Below are positions 33,198 to 43,800 of a stretch of DNA of 64,000 nucleotides, piece by piece. Source of the stretch: an uncultured delta proteobacterium. Its GTDB lineage: Bacteria > Myxococcota_A > Polyangia > Polyangiales > Polyangiaceae. The DNA lies in the NCBI GenBank assembly GCA_963850305.1, contig CAWKKR010000003.1:51133-115132 (forward strand), given 5' to 3'. The position numbers and the translations under genes were made by a program. The notes beneath the pieces were generated by a model. The model ran no database searches, was not told the DNA's origin, and saw only the letters and a list, made by a program, of their open reading frames with translations. How positions within the stretch are numbered: position 1 is the stretch's first letter; every line of letters begins with the position of its first letter.

Positions 33198-34517
33198 GTG
33201 TTGGTGCTCGGCGGGTGGGCTACGGACGGATGCGGGCACAGGGTGCCGCCGCCCACGCCAAAGCCAACGATCGCGCAAGCCTTTGCCGCTGCGAAGATCC
33301 CGAAGCTGCCGCGCGCGCCGGTGATCCCAGCCCGTCGCACGAATGTCCTCCCCGTGCCCCCCCGCCAAGGGCCGCCGGACGATCCCGCGCTGGTGGCGCT
33401 GGGCAAGACGATCTTCTTCGACGAGCGATTGTCGGAGCCGCCTGGAACGAGCTGCGCGAGCTGCCACGATCCTTCGCGCGCTTTTTCCGGAGGCCACGGC
33501 TCGCACATCGGCGTTCCTCTGGGGAGCCGTCCCGGGCACTACGCGCGGCGTTCGACGCCGTCCGTGCTCTACATGCGGTACGTCCCCAGGTTCCACTATT
33601 TCGAGGACGACGAGGCTCCGGCGCCGCAGCCGCGCGGCGGTTTCTTCTGGGACGGGCGCGTCGACAGCGTCGCGGAGTTGGTGCGCCAGCCTCTCTTCAA
33701 CCCCGACGAAATGAACGCCGGCACTCCCCGTCGTCTGGCCGGCAAGATTGCGCGCGGACCTTACGCCAAGGAATTCCGCGCCGCGATGGGCGCCTCGCCG
33801 GACCCGGAGGCGGTGCTGCGCGGAGTCGGCCGAGCGCTCGAGGCTTACCTGAACAGCGACGAGATGAACCCAGCGAGCTCCAAGTACGACGCCTATGTGC
33901 GCGGCCAGGCGACCTTGACCGAGCAAGAGCTGCAGGGTCTCGAGATCTTCAAGGACCGACGCCGCGGCGCCTGTTCCGGTTGCCACCGCCTCGCCGAGAC
34001 CTCGACCAACCCCGCCGAATCCATGTTCACGGACTACGGGTACGACGCGGTCGCCCTGCCCCGGAACCGCGAGCTGCCCGGCAACGGCAAGGCCGGGCAT
34101 TTCGATCTCGGTCTGTGCGAGCGGAAGAACGCGAAGACTCCGTCGAGCGACGAGAAGTGGTGCTCGAACTTCCGTACGCCGTCGCTTAGAAACGTCGCGG
34201 TTCTCGAAAGCTTCGGGCACAACGGCGTCTACAAGAACCTGCGCGACGTGATCTCCTTCTATGCCCATCGCGCGGTCGCGCCGGAGCGCATCTACCCGCC
34301 AGGCCAGAAATTCGACGACGTGCCGCTCAAATACCGCGGCAACGTCAACATCTACGCCCCCGTCTACAACCGGCTCGAGGGCTCCACCCCGCCGCTTTCC
34401 GACGACGACATCGACGCGGTCGTGGCGTTTCTGCGGACCTTGACGGACGCTCCCTACGTCGGCGTCCTGGCGGACTCGGCGAGCGGCGGCCCGATCGCGC
34501 AGGCGCCATCACATTGA
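33198..34517 (+). CDS. Di-heme cytochrome c peroxidase/MauG family (possible CTG start at 33147)
   Basis: CASCH and CSGCH heme motifs, FFWDGR, FRTPSLRNVA, FGHNG, VAFLRTLTD. Confidence 0.92.
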   Translation: MLVLGGWATDGCGHRVPPPTPKPTIAQAFAAAKIPKLPRAPVIPARRTNVLPVPPRQGPPDDPALVALGKTIFFDERLSEPPGTSCASCHDPSRAFSGGHGSHIGVPLGSRPGHYARRSTPSVLYMRYVPRFHYFEDDEAPAPQPRGGFFWDGRVDSVAELVRQPLFNPDEMNAGTPRRLAGKIARGPYAKEFRAAMGASPDPEAVLRGVGRALEAYLNSDEMNPASSKYDAYVRGQATLTEQELQGLEIFKDRRRGACSGCHRLAETSTNPAESMFTDYGYDAVALPRNRELPGNGKAGHFDLGLCERKNAKTPSSDEKWCSNFRTPSLRNVAVLESFGHNGVYKNLRDVISFYAHRAVAPERIYPPGQKFDDVPLKYRGNVNIYAPVYNRLEGSTPPLSDDDIDAVVAFLRTLTDAPYVGVLADSASGGPIAQAPSH

Positions 34518-34527
34518 TGGTCGCCGG

Positions 34528-35634
34528 ATGATGAGGCTCATCGCAAGAGCGCTCCGCGACGCGGGCCTCCTCGCGCTCGCCGCTGTCAGCATCCTCATGC
34601 TTGCGCCCGAGGGCCTCGCCTTCGCCCATCCGGTCGGGGTTTCGAGCGGCGAGTACCGCCTCGTCGGCAAGGTGCTCTACGGCGACATCGGGATGGCGGG
34701 GCGGGAGCTCAGCCGCTGGCTGCCCGCGATCGACACGAACCACGACGGGGCGATCGAGTCCGCGGAGATCGACGCGGGTCGCGCGATCGTCGCCCGCGCC
34801 CTGATCGACGGCCTGACCGTGCACGCGGACGGCAATGCCTGCCCCGGCTCGCTCGATCGGGCCTGGGCACTGGAGGGCGAAAGCGGCGTCGTCTTTCAGG
34901 TCCATTACACCTGCCCCGCGGTTCCCGGTCGGCTCACGCTGGCCATGCCGGCGCTCGACGCCCTTGCTCCGAGACACCGCCACCTGGCGCGCGTCTTTCG
35001 CTCCGGCAAGGCCCAGATGAAGGTGCTCGATCGGGCGCACGCCACCTGGACGTTGGACGACGGCAGCGCGCCCTCGAGTGGCGTCACGCTGGCGGGCTCG
35101 ATGCTGAAGCTCGGCATCGAGCACATCCTGACCGGCGCGGATCACCTGGTGTTCTTGCTGGGCCTCATCCTGGTGGGCGGGACGCTGCGCTCGCTGGTGG
35201 GCGTGGTGTCGGCCTTCACGGTCGCCCATTCGATCACGCTCGCACTCTCCGCGCTCTCGATCTTCGCGCCGAGCCCGCGGCTCGTCGAACCGGCGATCGC
35301 ACTGTCCATCGCCTACGTCGGCTTCGACAACTTGTTCGTCAAGGATACGACCAAGCGCTGGCGCATCACCTTCGCGTTCGGTCTCATCCACGGGTTCGGC
35401 TTCGCATCGGCCCTGCGCGAGATCGCGCTGCCGCACGCGCAGCTTGCGATCGCCCTGGTCTCGTTCAACCTGGGCGTCGAGGTCGGCCAACTCGCCGTTC
35501 TCTCGATCGCCTTGCCCCTCACGCTCGTCGCGATCCGCGCCCCTTGGTTCGGAAGCCGCGGCGTCAAGATACTGAGCTCGGCAATCGCCGTCGGCGGCAT
35601 CGTCCTCTTCATCGCGCGGGTCGTCGCCCGCTGA
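34528..35634 (+). CDS. HupE/UreJ family protein with an N-terminal EF-hand-like periplasmic domain
   Basis: AFA-HP signal, DTNHDGAIESAE, GIEHILTGADH, AFTVAHSITL, FGLIHGFGFA, FNLGVEVGQ. Confidence 0.9.
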   Translation: MMRLIARALRDAGLLALAAVSILMLAPEGLAFAHPVGVSSGEYRLVGKVLYGDIGMAGRELSRWLPAIDTNHDGAIESAEIDAGRAIVARALIDGLTVHADGNACPGSLDRAWALEGESGVVFQVHYTCPAVPGRLTLAMPALDALAPRHRHLARVFRSGKAQMKVLDRAHATWTLDDGSAPSSGVTLAGSMLKLGIEHILTGADHLVFLLGLILVGGTLRSLVGVVSAFTVAHSITLALSALSIFAPSPRLVEPAIALSIAYVGFDNLFVKDTTKRWRITFAFGLIHGFGFASALREIALPHAQLAIALVSFNLGVEVGQLAVLSIALPLTLVAIRAPWFGSRGVKILSSAIAVGGIVLFIARVVAR

Positions 35635-35724
35635 GCGCAGCCGGGGTTCCCCCTTCGAGTTTTGCCGCGCTGGTCAGCCGACTCAGTTTGCCGGTCGGAG
35701 GCGGCGACTACACGCCGGTCCTCG

Positions 35725-36393
35725 TCACTGACAGGTGCTGTATTCCTTGGCCGTCGACCACGGGCGGCACGTGCCGCGGTTGCACTCGCCATTCGTGCGG
35801 CAGAACTGAACACTGCCGGTCGAGCAGGCCTTGGAGCACCCGGTTCCCGAGGTGGAACCGCAGCAGATGTTGCCGCTGGCGCAATCCGCTGCATCATCGC
35901 AGGCGAACGGTACACCGGTCGTGACGCAACCCGGGAACGACGGGAAGCACCCGGTCGGAAACGGTGGGAACGAGAGAGGTAGCGCGCAGCACACATCCGT
36001 GAGACCAGTCGTGATGGTGCACGTCGACGTTCCGCAGGAAATCGCCATCGGCGTGGCCCCGGCGGTGGCATTGCCCGCATCACGATTGGCGCCGCCGTCC
36101 TGACCCCCGCTCGCGGTGCCGACGTCGCCACCGGCGTCGCCAAGCCCGGCCTCTGAACCATCGCCTCCGCCGGACGAAGAGAGAGTCGCCCCATCGCCGC
36201 CACTTCCCTCGTTCGATGCGCCCGAACCGCCTGCCCCGCCGCCACCCGAAATAGACCCGCCTGAACCGTGTGTCGCGCCGCTCGCACCGCCGCTGTTACC
36301 AGCTCCGCCGTAAAGCAACGCACCGTTGCTTCCGCCGCAGCCCGCGAGGCAGATCGAAACGGCCAGGAGGGTCCAGCGACGAAACATCCCCAA
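35725..36393 (-). CDS. Cys-rich myxobacterial lipoprotein
   Basis: Lipobox LAGC, G/S-rich linker, CDDAADC...CC C-terminal module. Confidence 0.75.
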   Translation of the reverse strand: MGMFRRWTLLAVSICLAGCGGSNGALLYGGAGNSGGASGATHGSGGSISGGGGAGGSGASNEGSGGDGATLSSSGGGDGSEAGLGDAGGDVGTASGGQDGGANRDAGNATAGATPMAISCGTSTCTITTGLTDVCCALPLSFPPFPTGCFPSFPGCVTTGVPFACDDAADCASGNICCGSTSGTGCSKACSTGSVQFCRTNGECNRGTCRPWSTAKEYSTCQ

Positions 36394-36712
36394 ACCTGGA
36401 ACATAGCATGCGCTTCGGGAAGCGCGCTCGCCACACGGATCGCGCGGCTCCGAGACTGAGCGCGGGCGCCTTCACGAATGCGTCCACTTCCTCAGGCCGA
36501 GCGACACCGACGCGCCGGGCCAAGGTCGTTCCGAGCTCCCCCGGTACGCGCCCAGCCCGAGCACGTGCTGGCCGCCGTCCTGCGCTGGTGACGACCGCGC
36601 GGCAACAGAGACGCCACGTCCGCATCACGAACCCGCGCCGGACGACCGGGTTACCACGCCGATCATGTTGGATATGGGTGCCCGTACAATTCGATATTGC
36701 TACCCTGTAGCG

Positions 36713-36952
36713 ATGAAAACGACCGTGGAGCTGGCGGACTCGTTGCTGGCGCGGGCCAAGCGGCACGCTAGACGTACGGGGCGCCCCTTGCGCGCCTTGA
36801 TCGAAGAAGGGCTGCGGCGCGTCCTTTCCGGCGACGCGACGCCGCCTGCCTACGGTCTTCCGGAGCGAGCCGTGGGGAAGCCCGGGGGCCGGAATCCTCT
36901 CGACCATCTGTCCTGGCAGGATCTGCGGGACGAGATCTACGGAGGTCGGTGA
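36713..36952 (+). CDS. vapB: VapB-like antitoxin (RHH)
   Basis: MKTTVELADSLLARAK...LIEEGLR, directly upstream of a PIN toxin. Confidence 0.85.
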   Translation: MKTTVELADSLLARAKRHARRTGRPLRALIEEGLRRVLSGDATPPAYGLPERAVGKPGGRNPLDHLSWQDLRDEIYGGR

Positions 36953-37387
36953 GTGCTCGCGGTCGACACCAACGTGCTCGTCTATGCGCACAGGCGCGAG
37001 GCGGTTGAGCACGATCGTGCGCGAGGGGTCGTCGCGCAGTGTGCCGAGGGAACTCGAGCCTGGGCCATTCCGTGGCCCTGCGTCTTCGAATTCTTCAGTG
37101 TCGTGACGAGCGACCGGATCTGGAAAGGTGCTGCGAGCACTCCGGCGCAGGCCGCCGACCAGATCGCGGCATGGCTGGGCTCACCGTCAGTCCGCACGCT
37201 CGCCGAGACCCCGGAATTCTGGTCCATTCTGAGCGAGCTCGTCAGGCGTCCGCGAGTGCGCGGTCCAGTAATCCACGACGCACGGATCGCCGCAATCTGC
37301 ATGGCTCACGGCGTGGAGGAACTCTTGACCCGCGATCGCGACCTTTCGCTCTTCCCCGAGCTCCGAAGACGAAATCCCTTCGACTGA
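36953..37387 (+). CDS. vapC: VapC PIN-domain toxin
   Basis: VDTNVLVYA, EF..VVT, HDARIAA, TRDRD. Confidence 0.9.
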   Translation: MLAVDTNVLVYAHRREAVEHDRARGVVAQCAEGTRAWAIPWPCVFEFFSVVTSDRIWKGAASTPAQAADQIAAWLGSPSVRTLAETPEFWSILSELVRRPRVRGPVIHDARIAAICMAHGVEELLTRDRDLSLFPELRRRNPFD

Positions 37388-37419
37388 AGGAGCGCCCGCG
37401 CGCGCCTAGCCAGCCCGTC

Positions 37420-38838
37420 TCAGTGAATCTGCGCCTTCTGCGTCGCGCAGCCGAGGAGCACGTTGACGAGGGGCTGCGTCCCGCCGTCCCCGGGTACGAC
37501 GCCACCGTCGCCGATGGGGCCCTGGATGGCCGAACACGAATCCGGACAGAGGATGATGTCCGTGGGCGTCCCGACGCTCGGGTCCACGTCGTAATACCAG
37601 GCCTTCGTCGTGGCGAGCGCACAGTCGGACGCCGTCGAGACCTCGTACGCGGAGCCCTTCACGCCGAGGTGATCGACGTAATCCACGTTGACCTTGCTCG
37701 GGTCGAAAGTCTGTCCCGTCGGCGGCGGGGGGATTTCGTACTTGCACGCGAGCGTCGAGGACTTCACGACGGTCTTCGTCACCGTTTGCGTCGTGGTGAC
37801 GGTCACGGTGTCGCGGATCGCCGCGAGCGAGGCGGCGAAGTCCGAGCCGCCACCGATGTTGCAGGCTTCATTGCCGGGGTTCGGCGGGTTGCAGTTGGTG
37901 TGGCCCGCGACGGCGATGGCGTCGAGGAGTCCGAAATCCACTTCATTCCCGGCCGCGACGTTCATGCCGATCGCGAAGGTCAAGACCCCGCTCTGCGTGT
38001 AAGCGTCGCCGGCGACGCCCGCCAGCGTGGCTTGATCGGAGCTGCACCCGTTCGGCACGCCATCCGTCACGAACACGACGACGCACTTCTCCGGCGGGCT
38101 CGAGGTTTGGGCGGCTTCGTACGCCTCGCAATAGCTCTCCGCACCGCGAAGGGCAGGCTCTGTGGGCGTGCAGCCGCCACCGGGGTTCGACGGCATTCCG
38201 GCGATGATGGCCGGGGCATTGGTAGGCAAGGGCCCCATCGGCACCTGGGCCGTCGTGTACGCCGAGCCCGTGCAGTCACTCGGCGGGCACCCGTTGCCAC
38301 CCCCGCCGAACAACCCACCGAGGAAGCCGCCGCCGCCCCCGGAACTCGGCGTCGGAAAGACCGAGAGCGCGACATCGATACCGGCGGACGCCGGATCGTT
38401 CACGAAGCCAGTGATGCCTCCGGAGACGACCGCCCACTTGCTCATGTTGCCGGTCGCCGCGGGTTCACCCATGCTGCCCGACTGATCGAGCATGATGTAG
38501 AGCGCGACCGGCTGTGCCTCGGTCACGGTGGTCGTCACCGGCACCTGGGTGGTCACGGTGATGCGCTCCGCGGAGAACGGCAACGCCGCGCAAGCGGCGT
38601 CCGAGCCGTTCCCGACGACCCCCGAGTCGCCGATAATCCCGAAACCCGAGCCGGCATTGCCGAACAGCCCGTTGCCGGTGCCCGAATTGCCGCTCGACGC
38701 GCCGGCGCCGGAATTTCCGGAGCCACCGTTGCCCGCGCCTGACCCGACCGTGTCGAGCCCGGTCTTCGGCGAGCACGCGACCGCACCCCACGCGCCCGTG
38801 ACGAGCCCCGCAATCAACGCAAGCTTTCGCCCCTTCAT
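37420..38838 (-). CDS. vWA-domain Cys-rich lipoprotein
   Basis: Lipobox AVAC, MIDAS DQSGSM, TPT.PAL, VTDGVP, C-terminal C.Y.IP..P...DP.KVNV...ILCP.SC. Confidence 0.85.
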   Translation of the reverse strand: MKGRKLALIAGLVTGAWGAVACSPKTGLDTVGSGAGNGGSGNSGAGASSGNSGTGNGLFGNAGSGFGIIGDSGVVGNGSDAACAALPFSAERITVTTQVPVTTTVTEAQPVALYIMLDQSGSMGEPAATGNMSKWAVVSGGITGFVNDPASAGIDVALSVFPTPSSGGGGGFLGGLFGGGGNGCPPSDCTGSAYTTAQVPMGPLPTNAPAIIAGMPSNPGGGCTPTEPALRGAESYCEAYEAAQTSSPPEKCVVVFVTDGVPNGCSSDQATLAGVAGDAYTQSGVLTFAIGMNVAAGNEVDFGLLDAIAVAGHTNCNPPNPGNEACNIGGGSDFAASLAAIRDTVTVTTTQTVTKTVVKSSTLACKYEIPPPPTGQTFDPSKVNVDYVDHLGVKGSAYEVSTASDCALATTKAWYYDVDPSVGTPTDIILCPDSCSAIQGPIGDGGVVPGDGGTQPLVNVLLGCATQKAQIH

Positions 38839-39171
38839 GCTGCCCAGCAATTGTCGTCCCAATCGTCCCGAATTGTTAGCCCCGACGGGCACCATTCTTT
38901 CGCTGTGATATTCCGTTTCCGCTGGAGTACGCGGGTCGCCTTCATGTCAACCCTAGTGGCCGCAGCGATAGTAACCGGCTCGCACCGATTTCAGGCATCG
39001 CGCGGAAGAAACGCCACATTCACTCGCCTTCTTGTCGGACGACCAGCGAGCCAGTTCTCTGAAATCACCCGAACATCCAGGCCTCGCCAGATTGGAGCCC
39101 GCCGCGCGCGGCGACGGACGGCGCCCTGCTCGCCGGTTCGCATCCGGTCGAGCGGGATGCCCCGACGATTC

Positions 39172-40629
39172 TCACTTGCAATCGTCGAAGGCGTCCGCGG
39201 CCGTGGGGGCGGGCGGTTTCTTGGTCGTCATGGGCTTCGCTTCGGCGGGCGCGGAGTGCGCGTGTGAAGCGGCCGCGTGTGCGTGCGAAGCGGCCGCGTG
39301 CGCGACGACGGGCTCGCCAGGGTGAACAGCGGCGGGTTCGGCCGCGGGTGCAGACGCCGCCACAGGCGCGGGGGCCACGACGGCCGCGGGTGCGGCGGCG
39401 GCCGGGACGACGGCGGGTTGCGGCGCCGCCACGGGCACCGGCGGTGTTGCGGGCACCGCGGCCGCGACGTGCGGCGCGGAGTCCACGGATGCCGCCGGAG
39501 CGGGTTTTCGTGTTGCCAGGAAGACGCCCAGTAGAGCGACAGCCAGCGTACCCCCGGTCGCCGCCAGGATGAGCGTGTTGCGGCGACCCGCGGCCCCGCC
39601 GGGCTCCGTTCGCCCCCACGACGCGAGCGTCGCCCCGCCCCGGGGCGGCGCCACGGAGTCCATCGCCGGGATGCCGATGCTGCTCGTGGACATGCCCGCA
39701 CTCTGGATGATGCCGGTGATGCGCTCCACGGATGATCGCGAGCGCTTCGGCGCGAACTCGCTCAGGGCCACGGCAAAGTCGGCGATGTGCGCGAAGCGCT
39801 TCGCCGGTTCCTTCTCGAGCGAGTGGAAGATTGCCGCCTCGAGGCCCGGGGGTACGTCCGGACACTTCTTGACGAGCGAGGGCGGCGCCGCCGAAATGAT
39901 CGCGACGCAGAGTTCGGGAAGGGATTCACCGTTGAACGGGACGTCGCCGGCAATGAGCTCGTACAGCATGATACCGAGCGACCACACGTCGGACCGCGCA
40001 TCCGCGTTGCGCGCCGACGCCATCTGCTCGGGCGACATGTAGAGCGGCGAGCCCATGACGGCGGTGGTCTTGGTGAGACTCATGTCGCTCCCGGAGGAGC
40101 TCCCGTTGAACTTCGAGATCCCGAAGTCGAGCACCTTCACGCACTCCGTGTTGTCCGCGCGCTTCACGACGAAGAGGTTCGCCGGCTTGAGATCGCGGTG
40201 CACGATGCCGAGCGAGTGCGCTTCCGCGATCGCCTCCGACGCCTGGAGCACGATGTCGATGGCGTCCGGATACGGGATCTTCCCCTTCTCCGTCAGGATC
40301 TGCCCGACGTCGGAGCCCAACAGGTACTCCATCACCATGTAAGGCGAGCCGTTCGGAAGCGTCCCGACGTCGATGACACGCGCGACGTGTTCGTTCTTGA
40401 TGCGCACGGCGGCGCGCGCCTCGCGCGCGAAGCGTCCGACGGCTTCCTGATTGCCGAGCGCTTCCGGCAAGAGGAACTTGATCGCGACGTTCTCGTCGAG
40501 CTGCAGATGTCTGGCCGCGACGACGACGCCCATCCCGCCCATGCCGAGTACCCGATCCACGCGGTATTTCTCCGCGAGGACGTCGCCGGGTTGCACCATC
40601 TTCAGATTAGCTTGGTCCACGTCGCTCAT
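39172..40629 (-). CDS. Membrane Ser/Thr protein kinase (Pkn type)
   Basis: GMGGMG, VAIK, HRDLKPAN, DFGISK, GSPLYMSPEQ, DVWSLG, TM segment, P/A-rich tail. Confidence 0.95.
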   Translation of the reverse strand: MSDVDQANLKMVQPGDVLAEKYRVDRVLGMGGMGVVVAARHLQLDENVAIKFLLPEALGNQEAVGRFAREARAAVRIKNEHVARVIDVGTLPNGSPYMVMEYLLGSDVGQILTEKGKIPYPDAIDIVLQASEAIAEAHSLGIVHRDLKPANLFVVKRADNTECVKVLDFGISKFNGSSSGSDMSLTKTTAVMGSPLYMSPEQMASARNADARSDVWSLGIMLYELIAGDVPFNGESLPELCVAIISAAPPSLVKKCPDVPPGLEAAIFHSLEKEPAKRFAHIADFAVALSEFAPKRSRSSVERITGIIQSAGMSTSSIGIPAMDSVAPPRGGATLASWGRTEPGGAAGRRNTLILAATGGTLAVALLGVFLATRKPAPAASVDSAPHVAAAVPATPPVPVAAPQPAVVPAAAAPAAVVAPAPVAASAPAAEPAAVHPGEPVVAHAAASHAHAAASHAHSAPAEAKPMTTKKPPAPTAADAFDDCK

Positions 40630-40883
40630 CGGAAGCAAGCTCCCGGGCGCAAAGCTCGCCCTTCACGCCCATGGTCCCAAGGGTACGTCATCCAGGCCTA
40701 CACCGAAAGGGCCATTTGCCGCTCTCCCGCGACGGGTTTTCATCCTCGTCTCGGGCTCCGGAGTGAGCCGATGTGCGACATCCTTCCTGGCTCGCCTGGC
40801 TCGCTCCAACCCGGTGTCGCTCGTGTTTCGCAAAGAACCGTTGCCGGCCGAGTTCGGGGATGTGACCATGTGAGGCTAGATTT

Positions 40884-43800
40884 ATGCGCTGGCTTACGAA
40901 GGTTGCTTGTGGGGCGGCAGGGATCGTCGCGCTCGGATGTGGGGGTTCCCACGGGGACAAGTCACGCGCGAGCCACGACGCCGGGTCGTCGCGGTTGCTC
41001 GACGCGGCGCCGCCGACGGTGGCCAGTGCGCCACCGTCGAGCGCGGTCGCACGGTCGCTTTCGACCCTCCTGGACCGCCATCGACTGCGGGTGTTCACTC
41101 CCCCCGCGAGCACGGCGACCGACAGCGAGGTCCTTAGGGACGCCGGGATCAGCGCCTCCTCGCCGCCCCCGGCCATCCCTCTCAGTGAGGTCACCGGCTT
41201 CGATTGGGCCGGCGCGGACCCGCACGGCAACGGAGCCGGATTACGAGCGCGGCTCCCGCCGAACAAGAAAGTGTTCCTGTCGGTCACGCTGCCCGCGCGC
41301 GCGTCCGGCGCGTTCACGATCGAGGACGCGCGCGACCACAAGATGACGCTCACCGCCGCGCTCGAAGGCGCGCGTGACGTCGACGCGGTCGCGTCGCAAG
41401 GGCTCGTCTTTTACCCGGCCGCCTCCGCACAAGGGGCGAGCGTCATCCATCGCGTCGACGAATTCGGGACGGAGGATTTTCTCTCCTTCGACTCGAAGCC
41501 GGCGAACGAAGAGATCCGGTATCGCGTCGACACGTCGCAGGTCACGGGACTCCGGCTCGTCGAGAACGTGCTCGAGTTCCTCGATGCCGAGGCGCGACCA
41601 CGGATCCGCATCAATCGACCCGCGGTCATCGACGCGAACGGCGATCGTCACGACGGGTTCCTGCGTGTCGTCGGGTGCGCGGTGGATACGTCGCCGCTGC
41701 CGCCGACGCATCGCGCGTTCACGAAGCTCGACTCCACCTCGTGCGAGATCGTGATCACGTGGGGCGACGCGGCGTCCGCGCCGATCGCATATCCGGCGCT
41801 GCTCGATCCGACATGGACGAGCGGCGCGACGATGAACACGCCGCGCGCGGATCACACGGCCACGCCGTTCTTCATCACGGACGAGATGATCCTCGTGACG
41901 GGCGGGTACTCGATCCCCGCGGGCAAGAGCGGACCGGCGCTCCAGACAGCGGAGATGCTCGACGAGAGCGGCGGCGGCTGGGTCTACACGACGAGCAGCA
42001 TGCAAAACCCCCGCGCGTACCACCGCGCGTCTCCCGTCAACGTGAACGCGAACGGCTACGGCGACGTTCTCGTCACCGGCGGCATGATACAGGTCGGCAC
42101 AGCCGCCAGCATCGAGCCAACCGCCGAGCGCTGGTCGCCGAGCACCGGCACCTGGACCCTGACCGGGCCCATGGCCTCGGGTGGTCACGCGTTCCACGGG
42201 CAAAGCTTGCTTGCGAGCGGCACGGTCCTCGTCGCAGGCGGCTACGCGAATACCACCTCGAACGGCCCCGTAACACCTGTCACCGAGATTTACTCCCCAT
42301 CGACGAACACGTGGCAGACGGTGCCCCCCATGCCCAATGGGGGAGCCGCAAACGGGAGCTTCGCCACCCTCCAGGACGGGCGCGTGCTGTACGCAGGAGG
42401 CACCAGCGGCGCGTACACCAGCTTCAATCCCATCCCCGCCTGCGAGATTCTACGACCCCAAGGCGAACGCGTGGACGTCCGTACCGTCGCTGGCAGCGCC
42501 GCTCGCGCGCGCGCGCGCCACGGTGCTCCCGAACGGCAACGTGCTCGTGGCGGGCGGCATCAGTACGTCCCTGTCGACCTCGTACCAGGGCTCACAGGTT
42601 TTCAACGTGGCGACAGGCAGCTGGTCACCTGTGGTGAACATGGTCACGCCGCGCTCGCTGCATACGCAAGCCTTGCTTCGAAGCGGCCTTGTCCTCGCCG
42701 CGGGCGGCGAACCGGCGAACAGCGCGCCGGGCATGCAACAAGCCGAACTGTTCGACTTCAATGCCGGCACGTGGACGGCGACCGCGCCCATGCTTTACCC
42801 GCTCACGCATCAGGCATCGGTTGCGGACAACGTCGGGGACGTCTGGGTGATCGGCGGTATCGAGTCGACGCTCCCGGTCCCTGTCGTCGAGCGCTACGCG
42901 CCCGCAGGGGCGATCGGCGGAACCTGCCAGATCAACGCGGACTGCTCTTCCGGCTTCTGCGTGGACGGCGTGTGTTGCAACACAGCATGCCTGGGTACCT
43001 GCCAGGCCTGCTCCGCGGCAACCAAAGGGCAGGGCGCCGACGGCACCTGCGGCAACGTCATCGCGGGAACGCCGGACAAGATCAACTGCCCTTCGCAGGC
43101 GCCGAGCACGTGCGGCGATGACGGCACCTGCGACGGCAACGGCGCTTGTCGGTTGTACGCGGCGGGAACCCCCTGCCGTCCGTCCGCGGGCGATTGCGAC
43201 GTCGCGGAGAGCTGTCCCGGCGCCGGCAAGGCATGCCCGCCGGACGTCGTGCTCTCGGCGAACACCGCGTGCCCGAGCGGCGCCGACACGAACGTGTGCA
43301 CGCTCGACATCTGCGACGGCACGGACGTCGCCTGCCAGCACCCGCCGGCGAGCTCCGCCACGCTTTGCCGTGCGTCGGCCGGAGTATGCGACATCGACGA
43401 CTACTGCACGGGCACGAGCACGACGTGCCCCGCCGACGCGAAGCAACCGAGTACGTACGTCTGCCGGACGTCCGCGGGCGAATGCGACCCCGCGGAGACC
43501 TGCACCGGCACGACCAACACCTGTCCAGCGGACGGCAAGCTGCCGAACAACACGGCCTGTCCGAGCGGCGCCGACACGAACCCCTGCACCTCCGACATCT
43601 GCGACGGCACGGACAACACCTGCCAGCATCCCGCGGGCAACGGGGGCGTCGTGTGCAGGGCCGCGGCCGGGGAGTGCGACCTCGCCGAGACTTGCACGGG
43701 AACGAGCACGGCCTGTCCGTCCGACTCCAAGGTGACGGCGAACACCGCCTGTCCGAGCGGCGCCGACACGAACCCCTGCACCTCCGACATCTGCGACGGC

